From contig NZ_JASJEB010000014.1 in assembly GCF_030064895.1 (NCBI RefSeq), positions 20,945-52,944 of the forward strand: a stretch of DNA of 32,000 bases, given 5' to 3'. The translations under genes and the position numbers were made by a program. Below the pieces are notes generated by a model. The model made no database searches, was not told where the DNA came from, and saw nothing but the letters and a program-made list of their open reading frames with translations. Origin of the DNA: Crocosphaera sp. Lineage in GTDB: Bacteria > Cyanobacteriota > Cyanobacteriia > Cyanobacteriales > Microcystaceae. This document shows positions 15,026 through 25,800 of the stretch, in pieces. The number at the start of each line of letters is the position of its first letter. The stretch's first letter is position 1.

Positions 15026-18000
15026 TTAATTGTTAATCATATTTTTAACGGTTTCCAGGAATTGTTGTTCAACGTAGGGTTTAGTAAAGTAGGCACTTGC
15101 TCCTAAATGGGTGGCTAACTGACGATGTTTTTCGCTGCTACGAGAGGTTAACATAGCAACGGGAATCTTCATCATTTGCGGATCACGACGACGCTTGCCT
15201 AAAAATTCAAACCCATTCATATTAGGCATTTCTACATCACAAATCACCAGATTTATCCCCGAAGTTTGTTGTAGTTGTTCTAAAGCTTCTCGGCCATCTT
15301 TAGCTTGTAGAACTCGATACCCTGATTTTTGTAAAGTTAAGGCCAAGGTTCGTCGTAAGGCCGCTGAGTCATCCACCACTAAAACCGTGGGATTTTGTGA
15401 GATTGTGATGGGGGTAGAACCTTGATTATCAGAACTTTCTACCCTAATACCAGCAGCTTTTCCTGAAGACTGATAAGAGTCTAAATGTTCCTCTAATAAG
15501 ATAGTGCCATTGACCACAGGAATTAAGGTCCCATCCCCTAAAATGGTGCAACCATAAGTATAAGCAGGGGCAGCGATCGCTTTTCCAAAAGGTTTAATCA
15601 CTAATTCTTGTTCCGTGAGCAAACGAGTCACTTCTAGGGCGTGTAAATGCTCTCCCCGTCGTAAAATGAGCAGGGGTAAACCCCAATGATCCGGGGTAGA
15701 GATTCCTTGAAGAGACTGAGAAACAAACCCATCAATAGAAGAACTGCGATACTCCAACAGATGTTGCATTGCATAAATAGGGATAATTTTTCCTTGCCAA
15801 GCCAAAAATCTTTGTTCTCCAGACACTTTAATCTGTTCAGGTTCGGGCATAATAATTTCTTCAATGCTATCAGAAGGCAAAGCAATAGCCGATCCTTGAT
15901 GATAGTTATCATAATGAATTAAACAGACTAATAATTTAGCAATGGTTAGGGTTAAGGGTAGACGGAGGGTAAAAGTGGTTCCTTGGCCTGCTAGAGAACT
16001 CACCGAAACCTTACCTTTTAAAGCTGTTAACTGTTCTCTAACCACATCTAAACCCACCCCACGGCCCGACAGTTCACTAACTTTATTAGCTGTAGAAAAT
16101 CCAGGTTCAAAAATAAGATTCTCTAGAGCTTCTTTTGTCATCAAAGCCACCTGTTCTGGGGTCACTAATCCTGCTTGAACAGCTTTTTTGGCAATTTTAT
16201 CCAAATCCAGTCCCCCACCGTCATCGTGCATTTCAATGATAGTTTGGTTGCCTTGGTGATAAGCAACGATTTCGATTTTTCCCTGTTCTGGTTTGCCCAA
16301 CTTGCGACGAATTTCTGGGGGTTCAATGCCATGATCAAAACCATTTCTGAGGAGATGTTGGAGGGGATCGTATAATTTTTCTAAGGCTGCTTTATCCACT
16401 AAAACAGAACTACCAGTTAACTCTAATTTAACGGGTTTATGATACTGATTAGATAAATCCCGTAAGACTCGAGGAAAGCGGTTTAAAACTTCCCCTAAAG
16501 GTAACATCCTCGCCCACATTAATTCATCTCTAAGTGAGTTAAGCATTTGTCTTTGTTCTTCTAAAGTTTGATTAGAAGAACGGGCAAAAAGAACAATATC
16601 ATCCACTGATTCTTCTAACTGCATCATTTCTTCTAATAAATTCTGCACAATAGAATAAACCGTGCCATAAGAATCCATTTCTAATGAGTCAAAATCAGTG
16701 GCTTCTGAAAGAGTATATAAGGAAGAAAAGTCCACAGTATTTTCTCCATTGCCAGAGTTTTCCAGACCTTTTTTCTTTCCATAACGTTCAGGTCTAACTA
16801 CCATTTGATCCGATAATTTTTTGAGGTTTTCTGTAATTTTTTGAAAATAAGAAAAGCGTTCAACTAAGTCTTTTACTTTGTTTTGTAATTGTTCATTTTG
16901 TAGGGATAAACTATTACGGTTAATTACCAATTCCCCCACTAAATTATTCATTTTTTCCAACCTGTTAAAATCAACCCTAACCGAAAGCAGACCCGCCTTT
17001 TTTTCTTTCGAGGATCTTTCTGTTTGAGATGAACGTCGTTGTCCTTTCGTCGCTTTAGAAGAACGAGTTGCACCACTGGAACGGGTGGGACGATTGGAAC
17101 GAGTAGTATCAGAAGAATGTCTAAAGGTTTCACGGGAGACGGGTTTTCCTGTAATTGATGGATTACTTTGTTCTTCAACGGTTGGTAAGGTCTCAAAAAT
17201 ATTTTCTACCGACTCAATAAAAGTATCGATATTTTCTTGAATTTTTGTCTCATTAACTTCAACTTCTAAGGATAAAGTTTCTTCTTTGGGGGTTTCTACC
17301 TTGCCAAATAAATTATCTAAAGAAGCAGCAAAAGGAACCTCCTCCACCGGTTCAGATAGCTCCCCAACAGGTTCTCCAAAGACATCATCCAAAGCAGGAA
17401 CCCCTTCCCAGTCCGGTTCTTCTTTTTCGGCGATCGTTGAACCAAAAATATCATCTAATGGAGGCGAATCACTAAACTCTAAGGACTTAACCGGAGTTTC
17501 TTGTTCAACCTCCACCCTATCTACAACAGCATCATCAGAGGATAATAATGACTGGGCCGCTTCCTCATCTTTCTCTGAAAAGAGATTATCCAAAGAAAAT
17601 ACAGAATTTTTGTTAACAGAAGGTTCTGAAGGTATTTCGACCACAGGAGCAGACATTGGCGTTTCCAGGATATTCCCTTGTGCCAAACTTAACAACGCCT
17701 CAGAAGGTTGACCCCCCGAAGTGCGATCGCCTTCCACTAAAACTAAATGTTGACTCTGTTTTAAGTCCCCTAAAGCCACCTGAGCAATAGATAACGCCTC
17801 TGAGGGTAACTGTTCGAGAGCCTGTACCATATTCTGAACAATCTTCCCAAACCCTGGTAGGCCAAGGATTTCAGAAAATCCACTGAAAACTTCCCCCTGA
17901 GTGCGTAAGGTTTGAGTTATTTGTTCATTGTCTCCAGAGGCCAAAGCTGTTTCAATTTCTTGTAAACCTTGAGCCACATCTACTTCAAACAGAGAAGAAA

Positions 18001-18460
18001 CAATATCAATTCCCAAATCTGCTGAAGATGGGAGATACTGTTCCCCTTGAGCCATACTATCCCCTAAAATAGCCTCAATGGCTTCAAATATAGGCAAAGC
18101 AGTGTCGATGGCCCCCTCTTCATCAAAACTCCCTGTGATGATTTGGTCTTCTAAGGGATCACGCAAGTGATCGAAACCCTCTAATAATAGGTTTTCTAGC
18201 TCATCATCGATTATCACTGTCTCATCATAGAGAGCCTTAAAAATGTCTTCGAGACGATGGGCGATGATTTTGATGGTATCCAGTTCAACACTGGCCGCCC
18301 CACCTTTAATAGAATGAGCCGCCCGCATAATTTCGTGAATGGTTGAGGTATCACGCTCTTCTTTGAGGGTAAGTAATCCAGTTTCAATAATGTAGAGAAG
18401 TTCGGGGGCTTCTTCAATGAAAAATTGATAGGCTTGATCGCGGATGTCAGGGTTCATCAT
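15026..18460 (-). CDS. Hybrid CheA-type histidine kinase (Hpt, long acidic/Ser-Arg-rich linker, dimerisation, HATPase, CheW-like, C-terminal REC); PixL/TaxAY-like
   Basis: - Hpt motif AAHSIKGGAASV
- HATPase motifs HLLRNGFDHGIE, DDGGGLD, GRGVGLDVV
- REC motifs VLVVDDSAALR...DVEMPNMNGFE...K. Confidence 0.9.
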   Translation of the reverse strand: MMNPDIRDQAYQFFIEEAPELLYIIETGLLTLKEERDTSTIHEIMRAAHSIKGGAASVELDTIKIIAHRLEDIFKALYDETVIIDDELENLLLEGFDHLRDPLEDQIITGSFDEEGAIDTALPIFEAIEAILGDSMAQGEQYLPSSADLGIDIVSSLFEVDVAQGLQEIETALASGDNEQITQTLRTQGEVFSGFSEILGLPGFGKIVQNMVQALEQLPSEALSIAQVALGDLKQSQHLVLVEGDRTSGGQPSEALLSLAQGNILETPMSAPVVEIPSEPSVNKNSVFSLDNLFSEKDEEAAQSLLSSDDAVVDRVEVEQETPVKSLEFSDSPPLDDIFGSTIAEKEEPDWEGVPALDDVFGEPVGELSEPVEEVPFAASLDNLFGKVETPKEETLSLEVEVNETKIQENIDTFIESVENIFETLPTVEEQSNPSITGKPVSRETFRHSSDTTRSNRPTRSSGATRSSKATKGQRRSSQTERSSKEKKAGLLSVRVDFNRLEKMNNLVGELVINRNSLSLQNEQLQNKVKDLVERFSYFQKITENLKKLSDQMVVRPERYGKKKGLENSGNGENTVDFSSLYTLSEATDFDSLEMDSYGTVYSIVQNLLEEMMQLEESVDDIVLFARSSNQTLEEQRQMLNSLRDELMWARMLPLGEVLNRFPRVLRDLSNQYHKPVKLELTGSSVLVDKAALEKLYDPLQHLLRNGFDHGIEPPEIRRKLGKPEQGKIEIVAYHQGNQTIIEMHDDGGGLDLDKIAKKAVQAGLVTPEQVALMTKEALENLIFEPGFSTANKVSELSGRGVGLDVVREQLTALKGKVSVSSLAGQGTTFTLRLPLTLTIAKLLVCLIHYDNYHQGSAIALPSDSIEEIIMPEPEQIKVSGEQRFLAWQGKIIPIYAMQHLLEYRSSSIDGFVSQSLQGISTPDHWGLPLLILRRGEHLHALEVTRLLTEQELVIKPFGKAIAAPAYTYGCTILGDGTLIPVVNGTILLEEHLDSYQSSGKAAGIRVESSDNQGSTPITISQNPTVLVVDDSAALRRTLALTLQKSGYRVLQAKDGREALEQLQQTSGINLVICDVEMPNMNGFEFLGKRRRDPQMMKIPVAMLTSRSSEKHRQLATHLGASAYFTKPYVEQQFLETVKNMINN

Positions 18461-18467
18461 GGTTTTT

Positions 18468-18588
18468 GGGAGACGGGGAGATGGGGTGACGGGGTGACTG
18501 GGAGATGGGGTGATGGGGTGACTGGGAGATGGGGTGACTGGGTAACGGGGTGACTGGGTGACTGGGAGATGGGGTGACGGGGGGAGCG
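18468..18588. repeat. Tandem 7-8-nt G-tract array (GGGGTGAC(T)/GGGAGAT units), G-rich on the plus strand
   Basis: Read directly. It lies in the spacer between the MCP stop (18685) and the cheA start (18460). Confidence 0.85.
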
Positions 18589-18610
18589 AAATATTAATAT
18601 TGTTTCTAGT

Positions 18611-18673
18611 CTTCCCACACTCCCCACACTTCCCACACTCCCCACACTTCCCACACTCCCCACACTCCCCACC
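18611..18673. repeat. Tandem nonamer array, 7 units of CT(T/C)CCCACA. This is the reverse complement of the 5596-5793 unit, so it is G-rich on the minus strand.
   Basis: Read directly. It has the same unit family as 5596-5793 and the short 14432-14460 patch. Confidence 0.85.
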
Positions 18674-18684
18674 CTTTCTATTTC

Positions 18685-21600
18685 CTATTCAACTTTAAAC
18701 CGTTCAACATTGGCTTGTAATTGTTGGGCCAGGAGTAGTATGTCTTGGAAAGATTTTGCTAAATCAAGGACAGAAACCGAAGTATTTTCGGCAATAGTAG
18801 AAACGTCTCCCATGACTTCATTCATAGACTTAGAGGTCAGAGATTGGTCTTTAGCAGCCTCGAAAATGGCAGTTACTAAGCCATCAATCTGTTGAGAAGT
18901 GACTGTTATCTGTTGCAGACTATTACGGGTTTGTTCAACTAATTCGGTTCCTCGCAATACTTGTTCAGTCCCCGTTTTCATAGTTTGGGTGACTTCTTTA
19001 GTTTCGCTTTGAATACTGTTAACTAAGGTTTCAATTTCTGCGGTAGCTTCTGCTGAACTGGTGGCTAAACCCCGTACTTCATCGGCAATGACGGCAAAGC
19101 CTCGTCCTTGTTCTCCGGCGCGGGCTGCTTCAATAGAAGCTTTGAGCGCGAGTAAATGGGTTTGTGCTGCGAAACGACTAATTAAATTAACTACCTTAGA
19201 AATCTTTTGGGACGATTCTCCTAAATGTTGAATTTTCTTAGTGCTTTCTGTCACGGTGTCTTGAAGAGAGATGATACCGTCCATGGTTTGATTAATGGCC
19301 TGTTCTCCAGCAACGACATTTTCGGAGGCTTTTTGAAAGGCTGTTAATGTTTGTTCCGCGTTTTCGGTGACAAAATTAATCGATTTACTCATGGCCGTTA
19401 AGCCATCGCCTGCTACTGTAATTTTTTCGAGTTGTTTGAGAGATTCTTCGGCTAAATTTTCGATTAAATGCTCATTATTGTTGGTGGTCTCAGAAAACTG
19501 TTGCGCAACAGTTGTAACTTGAGTGACTAAGGAACGAAGGTTTTCCACCGTTGCGTTATAAGAGTCAGCAATAGTACCAATTTCATCTTCAGTGACTTCA
19601 GCGCGAATGGTGAGATCCCCTCTACTAATGGGTTCTACTGCCATCAACAATTTTAAGGCTCTCTGTTGTAATTTTTCTTTGGCCATGCGTTGTTGTTCAG
19701 AAACAACGGTTTGCTCATGCAACAGTTTAGCCCGTTCTAAGGCGACCCCAACTTGTACGGCGACTTGGGTTAAAAAGTCAATTTCGGGTTGTTGCCAATG
19801 ACGAGGACTTTGACAATTATGAGCAATCAGTAATCCTAATAATTCTCCTCCGGCTACAATAGGAACAACTAAATTGGCCTGAATTTCTAAGCTTTGCAGT
19901 TGTTGCAGATCACAAGAGTCTAAACCAGCTTTATGAATATTAGTTAGGGCTTTAACCCGTCCTTGACGATATTTATCCACAAAAGATTTCGCAAAACAAG
20001 GATCAGGAATATTCTGCCCTAAGGTGGCCGGATAGGCTGGATTAACCGATTCCGCGATTACGGTTCCTTTCCAATTTTCATCAAAACTATAGACAATAAC
20101 TCGGTCCGTTTTCAGTGCATCACGACTACTTTGAACCACTAAATCAAAGAGATTTTCGGTAATTATTTCTGTGGAAATTTTTAAGGTAATTTCTTTAAGA
20201 ACACGGGCTAACCCTGATTCTAAAGCCTTCGTTTGGGCTAGAGTTATACGGTTGATAGTAACTTGTATCTGGCTGACAAATTGTTTGAGGAAATTAATTT
20301 CTGTTTCTTGCCATTGCTCGTTATGGGTGCAACGTTGAGCAAATAAACAACCATAAAGGGTTTTTTGATTATAGATAGGGATAATCAATTGTTCTTTGAC
20401 TTGCAACCTTTCTAAACTCTCTCGGTATCCAGAATTTTCGCTGATAGCGTCTAGTTGTTCGAGGGTCCACTCTTCTGTTGATAGGGTTGCTTGCAACTCT
20501 TGTAATAAACTTGTAGGAATCATCTCACTGTCATCCTCTTGTTCTAAAACAGAGGTAAAACCAGGACTAACTACTTCATACTTGACCTGGTCTTGATCAT
20601 CTTCAGCAAAATAATAGATAAAGAGACGATCCAACTTAACTAAGCTTTTTGCTCCCTCTAACCCTCGATAAAACCAACTTTCCAAAGCCAAAGGATCAAG
20701 GGTTTGAGTAGAAGAAAGTTCTGCTAAAAAGCGGAACATTTTCGTTTTTTCCTGTAACCCTTCTTGATGAGTGGCAATATTGTTGGCCATCTCATTAAAA
20801 TAGGTTCCTAACTCTCCCACTTCATCTTGAGAGAGACCCTCAACCCGAGCATGATAGTCACCACTGGCAAATCGTTGAGTCACTTTTTGTAAGCGTTTAA
20901 TGGGTTTGGTAATAGCTGAGGCAATAATTCCGGCAACTACGACCACAACCCCCAAAACCGCCACCGATAAACCCAGTTGTAACACTAAACTATCTTTCAG
21001 GATTCGATTTAATCCCAGTTCGCGATCACCGTAAACCAAAATAGCAACTTCATTCCCGTTATGGTTAGGCAGTGCTTTGGCTGCCAGAGTATAGTTATGA
21101 TTATTAACATATCCTCTTTCTCCAACGGTTTTGCCTTGAGCTTGTACTGCTTTTTTTAAGATAGATGTATTGGCAGGAAGGGCTGTGTTAAGGTTAGAAT
21201 TCCTCAGTTCGGTTTTTTCAAAGGCAGTAGCTAAGGAAAATTGTTTATTTTCAGGATTATAAAGATAGACAGCACTATAACCAATATCTTGAAAAGTCTG
21301 TACGTTTTTCTTAACAATATCCGAATTCCCGTTAACAATATCCCCAGAAATAAGAGTCCCGATTACAGTTTGTGTACCGGGTAGTTTAACAGGGGTAATG
21401 GTATAACGGATCAAGGCATCTTGGCCCCTCAGTCCGGCCGGTAGAGGTACTTTTTCTTGGATTAGTTCTTGTAAACTAACTAATTCACTGGTACGGATTT
21501 GTTTTTTTTGTGCCATGACCCGGGTAACTAACCCTTGAGGGTTAAATATTTCCCCCTGACGTGGACTATTAGCATTGGCAATAATACGTGAAGTTTTATC

Positions 21601-22080
21601 GACTAAAGTAACATATTCAAGACCATAAAGTTTTTGTTCATTTTTTAAAATAGATTCTAATTGAGTGCGAATTTCTGGAGATAAAGATTCTCCTTGATTA
21701 AAAATTTTTGTAGCTTCAATAATTGTAGGATGTTCTGACTTAGCGGTAGCACCTAAACCCATTTTGTCTAAATCGGTATTGTAATTGAGTTCACTAACAG
21801 CTAATTGAGATTTTGTTTGATAAAGTAAATGAGAGCGTAAACTACCAACTAAAGAGCTTGAACTTAACCCAATTAATCCCCCTAATGCAAGAAAAATTAG
21901 AGCAGTAATCATTTGAGTCTTGCGACTAATAGGCAAGTTATAAAATTGCTCAATCAGTGGCAATCCAGAAGAGCTTTTAGGGTTATATTTGACTACTTTT
22001 TTAGAAATAAAAGGCGAAGAAAGAGAGGTTTTTCCCCTTGTAGAAGAAGGTTTGGGAACTGGTTTAACAGGGTTTTGCAT
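18685..22080 (-). CDS. Methyl-accepting chemotaxis-type photoreceptor candidate (2 TM flanking a ~290-aa Cache-like periplasmic domain, HAMP, 2 GAF, MA signalling domain); PixJ/TaxD-like
   Basis: - MA hairpin core: [31 protein letters not shown]
- HAMP after TM2
- GAF2 carries DPCF (Cys codon 19996-19998) and a Cys-Asp in place of the usual Cys-His (19909-19914). Confidence 0.9.
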   Translation of the reverse strand: MQNPVKPVPKPSSTRGKTSLSSPFISKKVVKYNPKSSSGLPLIEQFYNLPISRKTQMITALIFLALGGLIGLSSSSLVGSLRSHLLYQTKSQLAVSELNYNTDLDKMGLGATAKSEHPTIIEATKIFNQGESLSPEIRTQLESILKNEQKLYGLEYVTLVDKTSRIIANANSPRQGEIFNPQGLVTRVMAQKKQIRTSELVSLQELIQEKVPLPAGLRGQDALIRYTITPVKLPGTQTVIGTLISGDIVNGNSDIVKKNVQTFQDIGYSAVYLYNPENKQFSLATAFEKTELRNSNLNTALPANTSILKKAVQAQGKTVGERGYVNNHNYTLAAKALPNHNGNEVAILVYGDRELGLNRILKDSLVLQLGLSVAVLGVVVVVAGIIASAITKPIKRLQKVTQRFASGDYHARVEGLSQDEVGELGTYFNEMANNIATHQEGLQEKTKMFRFLAELSSTQTLDPLALESWFYRGLEGAKSLVKLDRLFIYYFAEDDQDQVKYEVVSPGFTSVLEQEDDSEMIPTSLLQELQATLSTEEWTLEQLDAISENSGYRESLERLQVKEQLIIPIYNQKTLYGCLFAQRCTHNEQWQETEINFLKQFVSQIQVTINRITLAQTKALESGLARVLKEITLKISTEIITENLFDLVVQSSRDALKTDRVIVYSFDENWKGTVIAESVNPAYPATLGQNIPDPCFAKSFVDKYRQGRVKALTNIHKAGLDSCDLQQLQSLEIQANLVVPIVAGGELLGLLIAHNCQSPRHWQQPEIDFLTQVAVQVGVALERAKLLHEQTVVSEQQRMAKEKLQQRALKLLMAVEPISRGDLTIRAEVTEDEIGTIADSYNATVENLRSLVTQVTTVAQQFSETTNNNEHLIENLAEESLKQLEKITVAGDGLTAMSKSINFVTENAEQTLTAFQKASENVVAGEQAINQTMDGIISLQDTVTESTKKIQHLGESSQKISKVVNLISRFAAQTHLLALKASIEAARAGEQGRGFAVIADEVRGLATSSAEATAEIETLVNSIQSETKEVTQTMKTGTEQVLRGTELVEQTRNSLQQITVTSQQIDGLVTAIFEAAKDQSLTSKSMNEVMGDVSTIAENTSVSVLDLAKSFQDILLLAQQLQANVERFKVE

Positions 22081-22152
22081 AGATAGTACTTAACAATTAA
22101 TATTAACAACTCAAATAGGAAACAGCTTAATCTTTTGACTGCAAAAAATGGA

Positions 22153-22782
22153 TTAATCTTCTACTGGTAAATTAATCAAAATTCCTCCCATCACATCTCC
22201 CACCTTAAAAATTTTGCTAGGATAACGTTGTTTATGGATAGGATGTTGATTATGACAGTCAATACAAGCAGCAGAAACAGCTTTATCAGGATAAAGAGCA
22301 GAGAAATATTTTTTCCCATCTTTAACCTGATATTCTTTATAAGGTAAGCCCGTATCTAATACTTCTCTCATTGCTTTTTTCTCAAAATTAGTGTTGGGAA
22401 TATTATTCTCATTGAGACTCCAATCGGAAATAGCCCCATAACTAAACGCACTATTTTCTGAGGCTAATTCTGAAGTCATGCGAAACATTTGTGCTGGTAG
22501 GGGCAAAGCTTTCTCCTGTTGCCAATGTTCAGAAGCCCTAACAACGTTTTCATCTTTGAGCCGTTGCACAACATGTTTACCGTAAATGATGCGTTCAGAC
22601 TTGATAATGCGGTGAATATAATCAGTTACCATATCCGCGGGGACTTTGGCTCCCAGTTGCCGGGCATCAAGGGTGGCACAAGAAACAACGACAAACCAAC
22701 TGGCCACCCCGAGTATGATGAGGGTGATCAACCGCAGAAGGAATTTTATTGCTCGTAACTTTTGAATTAATGTCTGTATCAT
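22153..22782 (-). CDS. Tll0287-like (DUF3365) c-type heme PAS-like protein, probably a lipoprotein or membrane-anchored and extracytoplasmic
   Basis: - CIDCH heme-c motif (22252-22266)
- N-terminal hydrophobic segment ending in a lipobox-like VVSC
- ALPLPAQMFR and YPSKIFKVGDVMGG regions typical of the DUF3365 family (recognised from memory). Confidence 0.65.
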   Translation of the reverse strand: MIQTLIQKLRAIKFLLRLITLIILGVASWFVVVSCATLDARQLGAKVPADMVTDYIHRIIKSERIIYGKHVVQRLKDENVVRASEHWQQEKALPLPAQMFRMTSELASENSAFSYGAISDWSLNENNIPNTNFEKKAMREVLDTGLPYKEYQVKDGKKYFSALYPDKAVSAACIDCHNQHPIHKQRYPSKIFKVGDVMGGILINLPVED

Positions 22783-22874
22783 GGTTCTGTAGGCAGTATG
22801 CGAGTGGATAGGGTGCTAAGTGTGAGTAGTTTGGGGAGAATTTAGAATTTCTTTATTCTCTATTTCTCATGTTG

Positions 22875-25800
22875 CTACTTAACTTTGAACTGTCGGACAC
22901 TTTCTTGTAAGGACTGAGCAATGGCTAAGAGTTCTCGGAATGAGTTGGAAACTTGGGCTGCTTCGCTGGAGGTTTTATCGGAGATGGCTGCCACTTGACT
23001 CATGGTTTGGGTCACCGTTTGACTGGTTTGGGACTGTTCAATGGCAGAACGGGTAATAGCTTCGACCAGTTCACTAATTTGAATACTCGCTACAGTGATC
23101 TGATTGAGACTTTTACGGGTTTCATCTACTAATTTTGTCCCGGTTACTACCTGTTCTGTCCCTGCTTCCATTGCTGCTACTACATCATTGGTTTCTGCTT
23201 GAATATCGGCAACTAGGGTTTCAATTTCGGCTGTCGCTTCAGCAGACTGACGGGCAAGCGATCGCACTTCATCGGCAACTACAGCAAAACCTCGTCCTTC
23301 TTCCCCTGCGTGTGCTGCCTCAATGGAAGCATTCAGGGCGAGTAGGTTGGTTTGATCGGCAAAACTACTAATTAAGTTGACCACTTTAGAAATTTTCTGG
23401 GAGGACTCTCCTAACCGTTTCACTTTCTTGGCGGTTTCGGCTACTGTCTGACGAATGGCCATAATTCCGTCTACTGTACGATTCATGGCTTCTTCTCCCT
23501 GTTCTACGGTTTCAGTGGCTTTTTGAACGGTGGCTTCGGCTAATTCTGCGTTGGCTGCAACCGCACTAATGGAGGCGTTCATGACTTGCAGTTTATCTAA
23601 GGTCGCAGAAATATCCTGTGCCTGTTCAAAGGCTTCCTGGGATAAGGTACGAATAGCTGAGTCGTTCTGTTCGGTTGTCTCAGAGAGTTGTCCGGTGGCG
23701 TTTTGTACCTGGTTAACGATTTTTCTCAGGTTTTCGATGGTGGCGTTATAGGAGTCGGCAATAGTACCAATTTCATCTTCTGTCACCTTAGCCCGAATGG
23801 TGAGATCCCCTTGAGAAACCGGATCTACTTCCATCAGCAATTCTAATGCCCGTCTTTGCAGTTGTTCTTTAGCTATTCTTTGTTCTTCCTCAGATTTTTT
23901 CTGTTCTTCGAGGAGATCAGCCCTTTCTAGGGCAAACCCGATGTGAGTAGCAACCTGCGAGAAGAGGCTAATTTCTGGACTATTCCAGTTTCTAGGGCCG
24001 GAACATTGGTGGGTAATGTATAAGCCCAATAATTTCCCTTTACGAATCACAGGTGCGACTAAATTAGCACGGACTTTAAAGGGTTCGAGTTCCTTAAGGT
24101 GACATTCGGTTAATCCGGCGTTATAAATGTCTGGAGTAGCTTGAATCCTACCATCGAGGTATTTATCGACAAATTTAGTGGCAAAACAAGGGTCCATAAT
24201 TTTCCCATCTAAAGCATGGGGATAACCCTCGGCCACATCTTCGGCCACAATGGTTCCTAACCATTTTTCGTCAAAGGTATACAAAAGAACTCGATCGCTT
24301 TTGAGAATACGACGCATCTGTTGAACCGCCACTTCCATAATTTCTTCTGTATTGATGGCTGTGGCGATGCTCACGGTGATACTCCGTAACTCTTGAGCGA
24401 GTCTGGCATCCAGTTTTTGTTGTTCCTCTAGGGTAACGCGGTCGATAGTAACGTTTAACTGTTCGGCTACACGCTGGATAAAGTTGATTTCTTGCTCTTG
24501 CCATTGATGGGGTTCTTGGCAATGATGGGCGATCAACAGGCCAAAAATATCCCCTTGCTTGATCACAGGAACCACTAAATTAGCTTGAATCTGCAACTTT
24601 TCCATCAGTTTATAGTGTTTGGGATGAAAACCGGCTTCATGGACATTATCCGTGGCAAGCACTCGCCCTTGACGGTATTTTTCCATAATTTCTCGGGGAA
24701 TACAGCGATCGCTAATTTCCAGTTCTTTGGCACTGGGATAACCGGAAGCAACGGACTCATGAGCAATAAAAGAACTACCATCGAGATTAAATTGATAAAT
24801 CACCACTCGATCAACTTTCAAAACCTCTCGTAACTGTTCCAAAGTGCGATCTAAAATTTCTTCTAATTCCTGACCATCGTTAATCACAGTACCGGCAATT
24901 TCTGCTAAGAGGTTGGCCTGTTGTGCGAAGAAGGTTTGTTTTTCCACTAAGCCATAAATTCGTTGGCTCATGGTGTTGACGTTTTTGGCTAAAATACCGA
25001 ATTCATCATCTCCGGAGGCTTCTATTTCCACAGTTAAGTCCCCTTCACCAATTTTCTTGACCGCACGAGTAACACGGCGTAGAGGACTGATAATTTGTTC
25101 AGAAAGGAGAACAGCGGCAGTTCCAGCCAACCCGGCAGTGATTAAGGTTCCTAAAAAGATGGCGGAGAGGAGTTTTCTCTGGGGACCAAAAACCTCGGCA
25201 TTATCTAGAGCAATCACTCCATTCCATCCTAAGTGGCCAAAACCATCGATTTTGGGAAGGGGTGCTAAAGCTAAAAATTGCTCCCTATCCATGGCTACTC
25301 CGGGTTTTTTTTGATTGGCAAGAGAAGGATAAATGGAGAATAAAGAGGGGGCTTGGACAGCTTTTAGTTCAGACTCCTGGCTTCTTTTATCTACTTGCCA
25401 GACACTATTGATGTAAGTGACTTTTACTCCTTGAGGGGCTAGAAATACCTCTTCATTGTCATTGACTAAATAAATATCTTTTTTGTGTTGATGGGATGCT
25501 TGATCAGTGCCTTTTTGAATCACTGTTTTTAGGTTTTCAACGGGCATCCGCGAACGAATGACCCCAATTATTTTCCCTGTTTGACTATCCTTGATGGGAG
25601 CGGAAAAATAAATATTAAACGTTTCCTCGGTGGTAGAAATGAGGGGTTGGCTAATGATAGCGGATTTAGTTTTAAGAACTTCTTGAAAGTAACTACGATC
25701 GCCATGATTTTTTAAAGGTGTGCCTTGAGATTGGGCAATGACATCCCCTTGTAAATCAAAGACGGCGATACTGTCATAAAATTGATAAATATCTGTATAA

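Noticed and set aside
18457-18672. 71-aa ORF (MGSVGSVGSVG...HLPVTPSPHLPVT) in the MCP-cheA spacer
   Set aside because: It is encoded entirely by the two tandem G/C-tract arrays, giving a low-complexity translation. It is the same kind of artefact as at 5596-5793.
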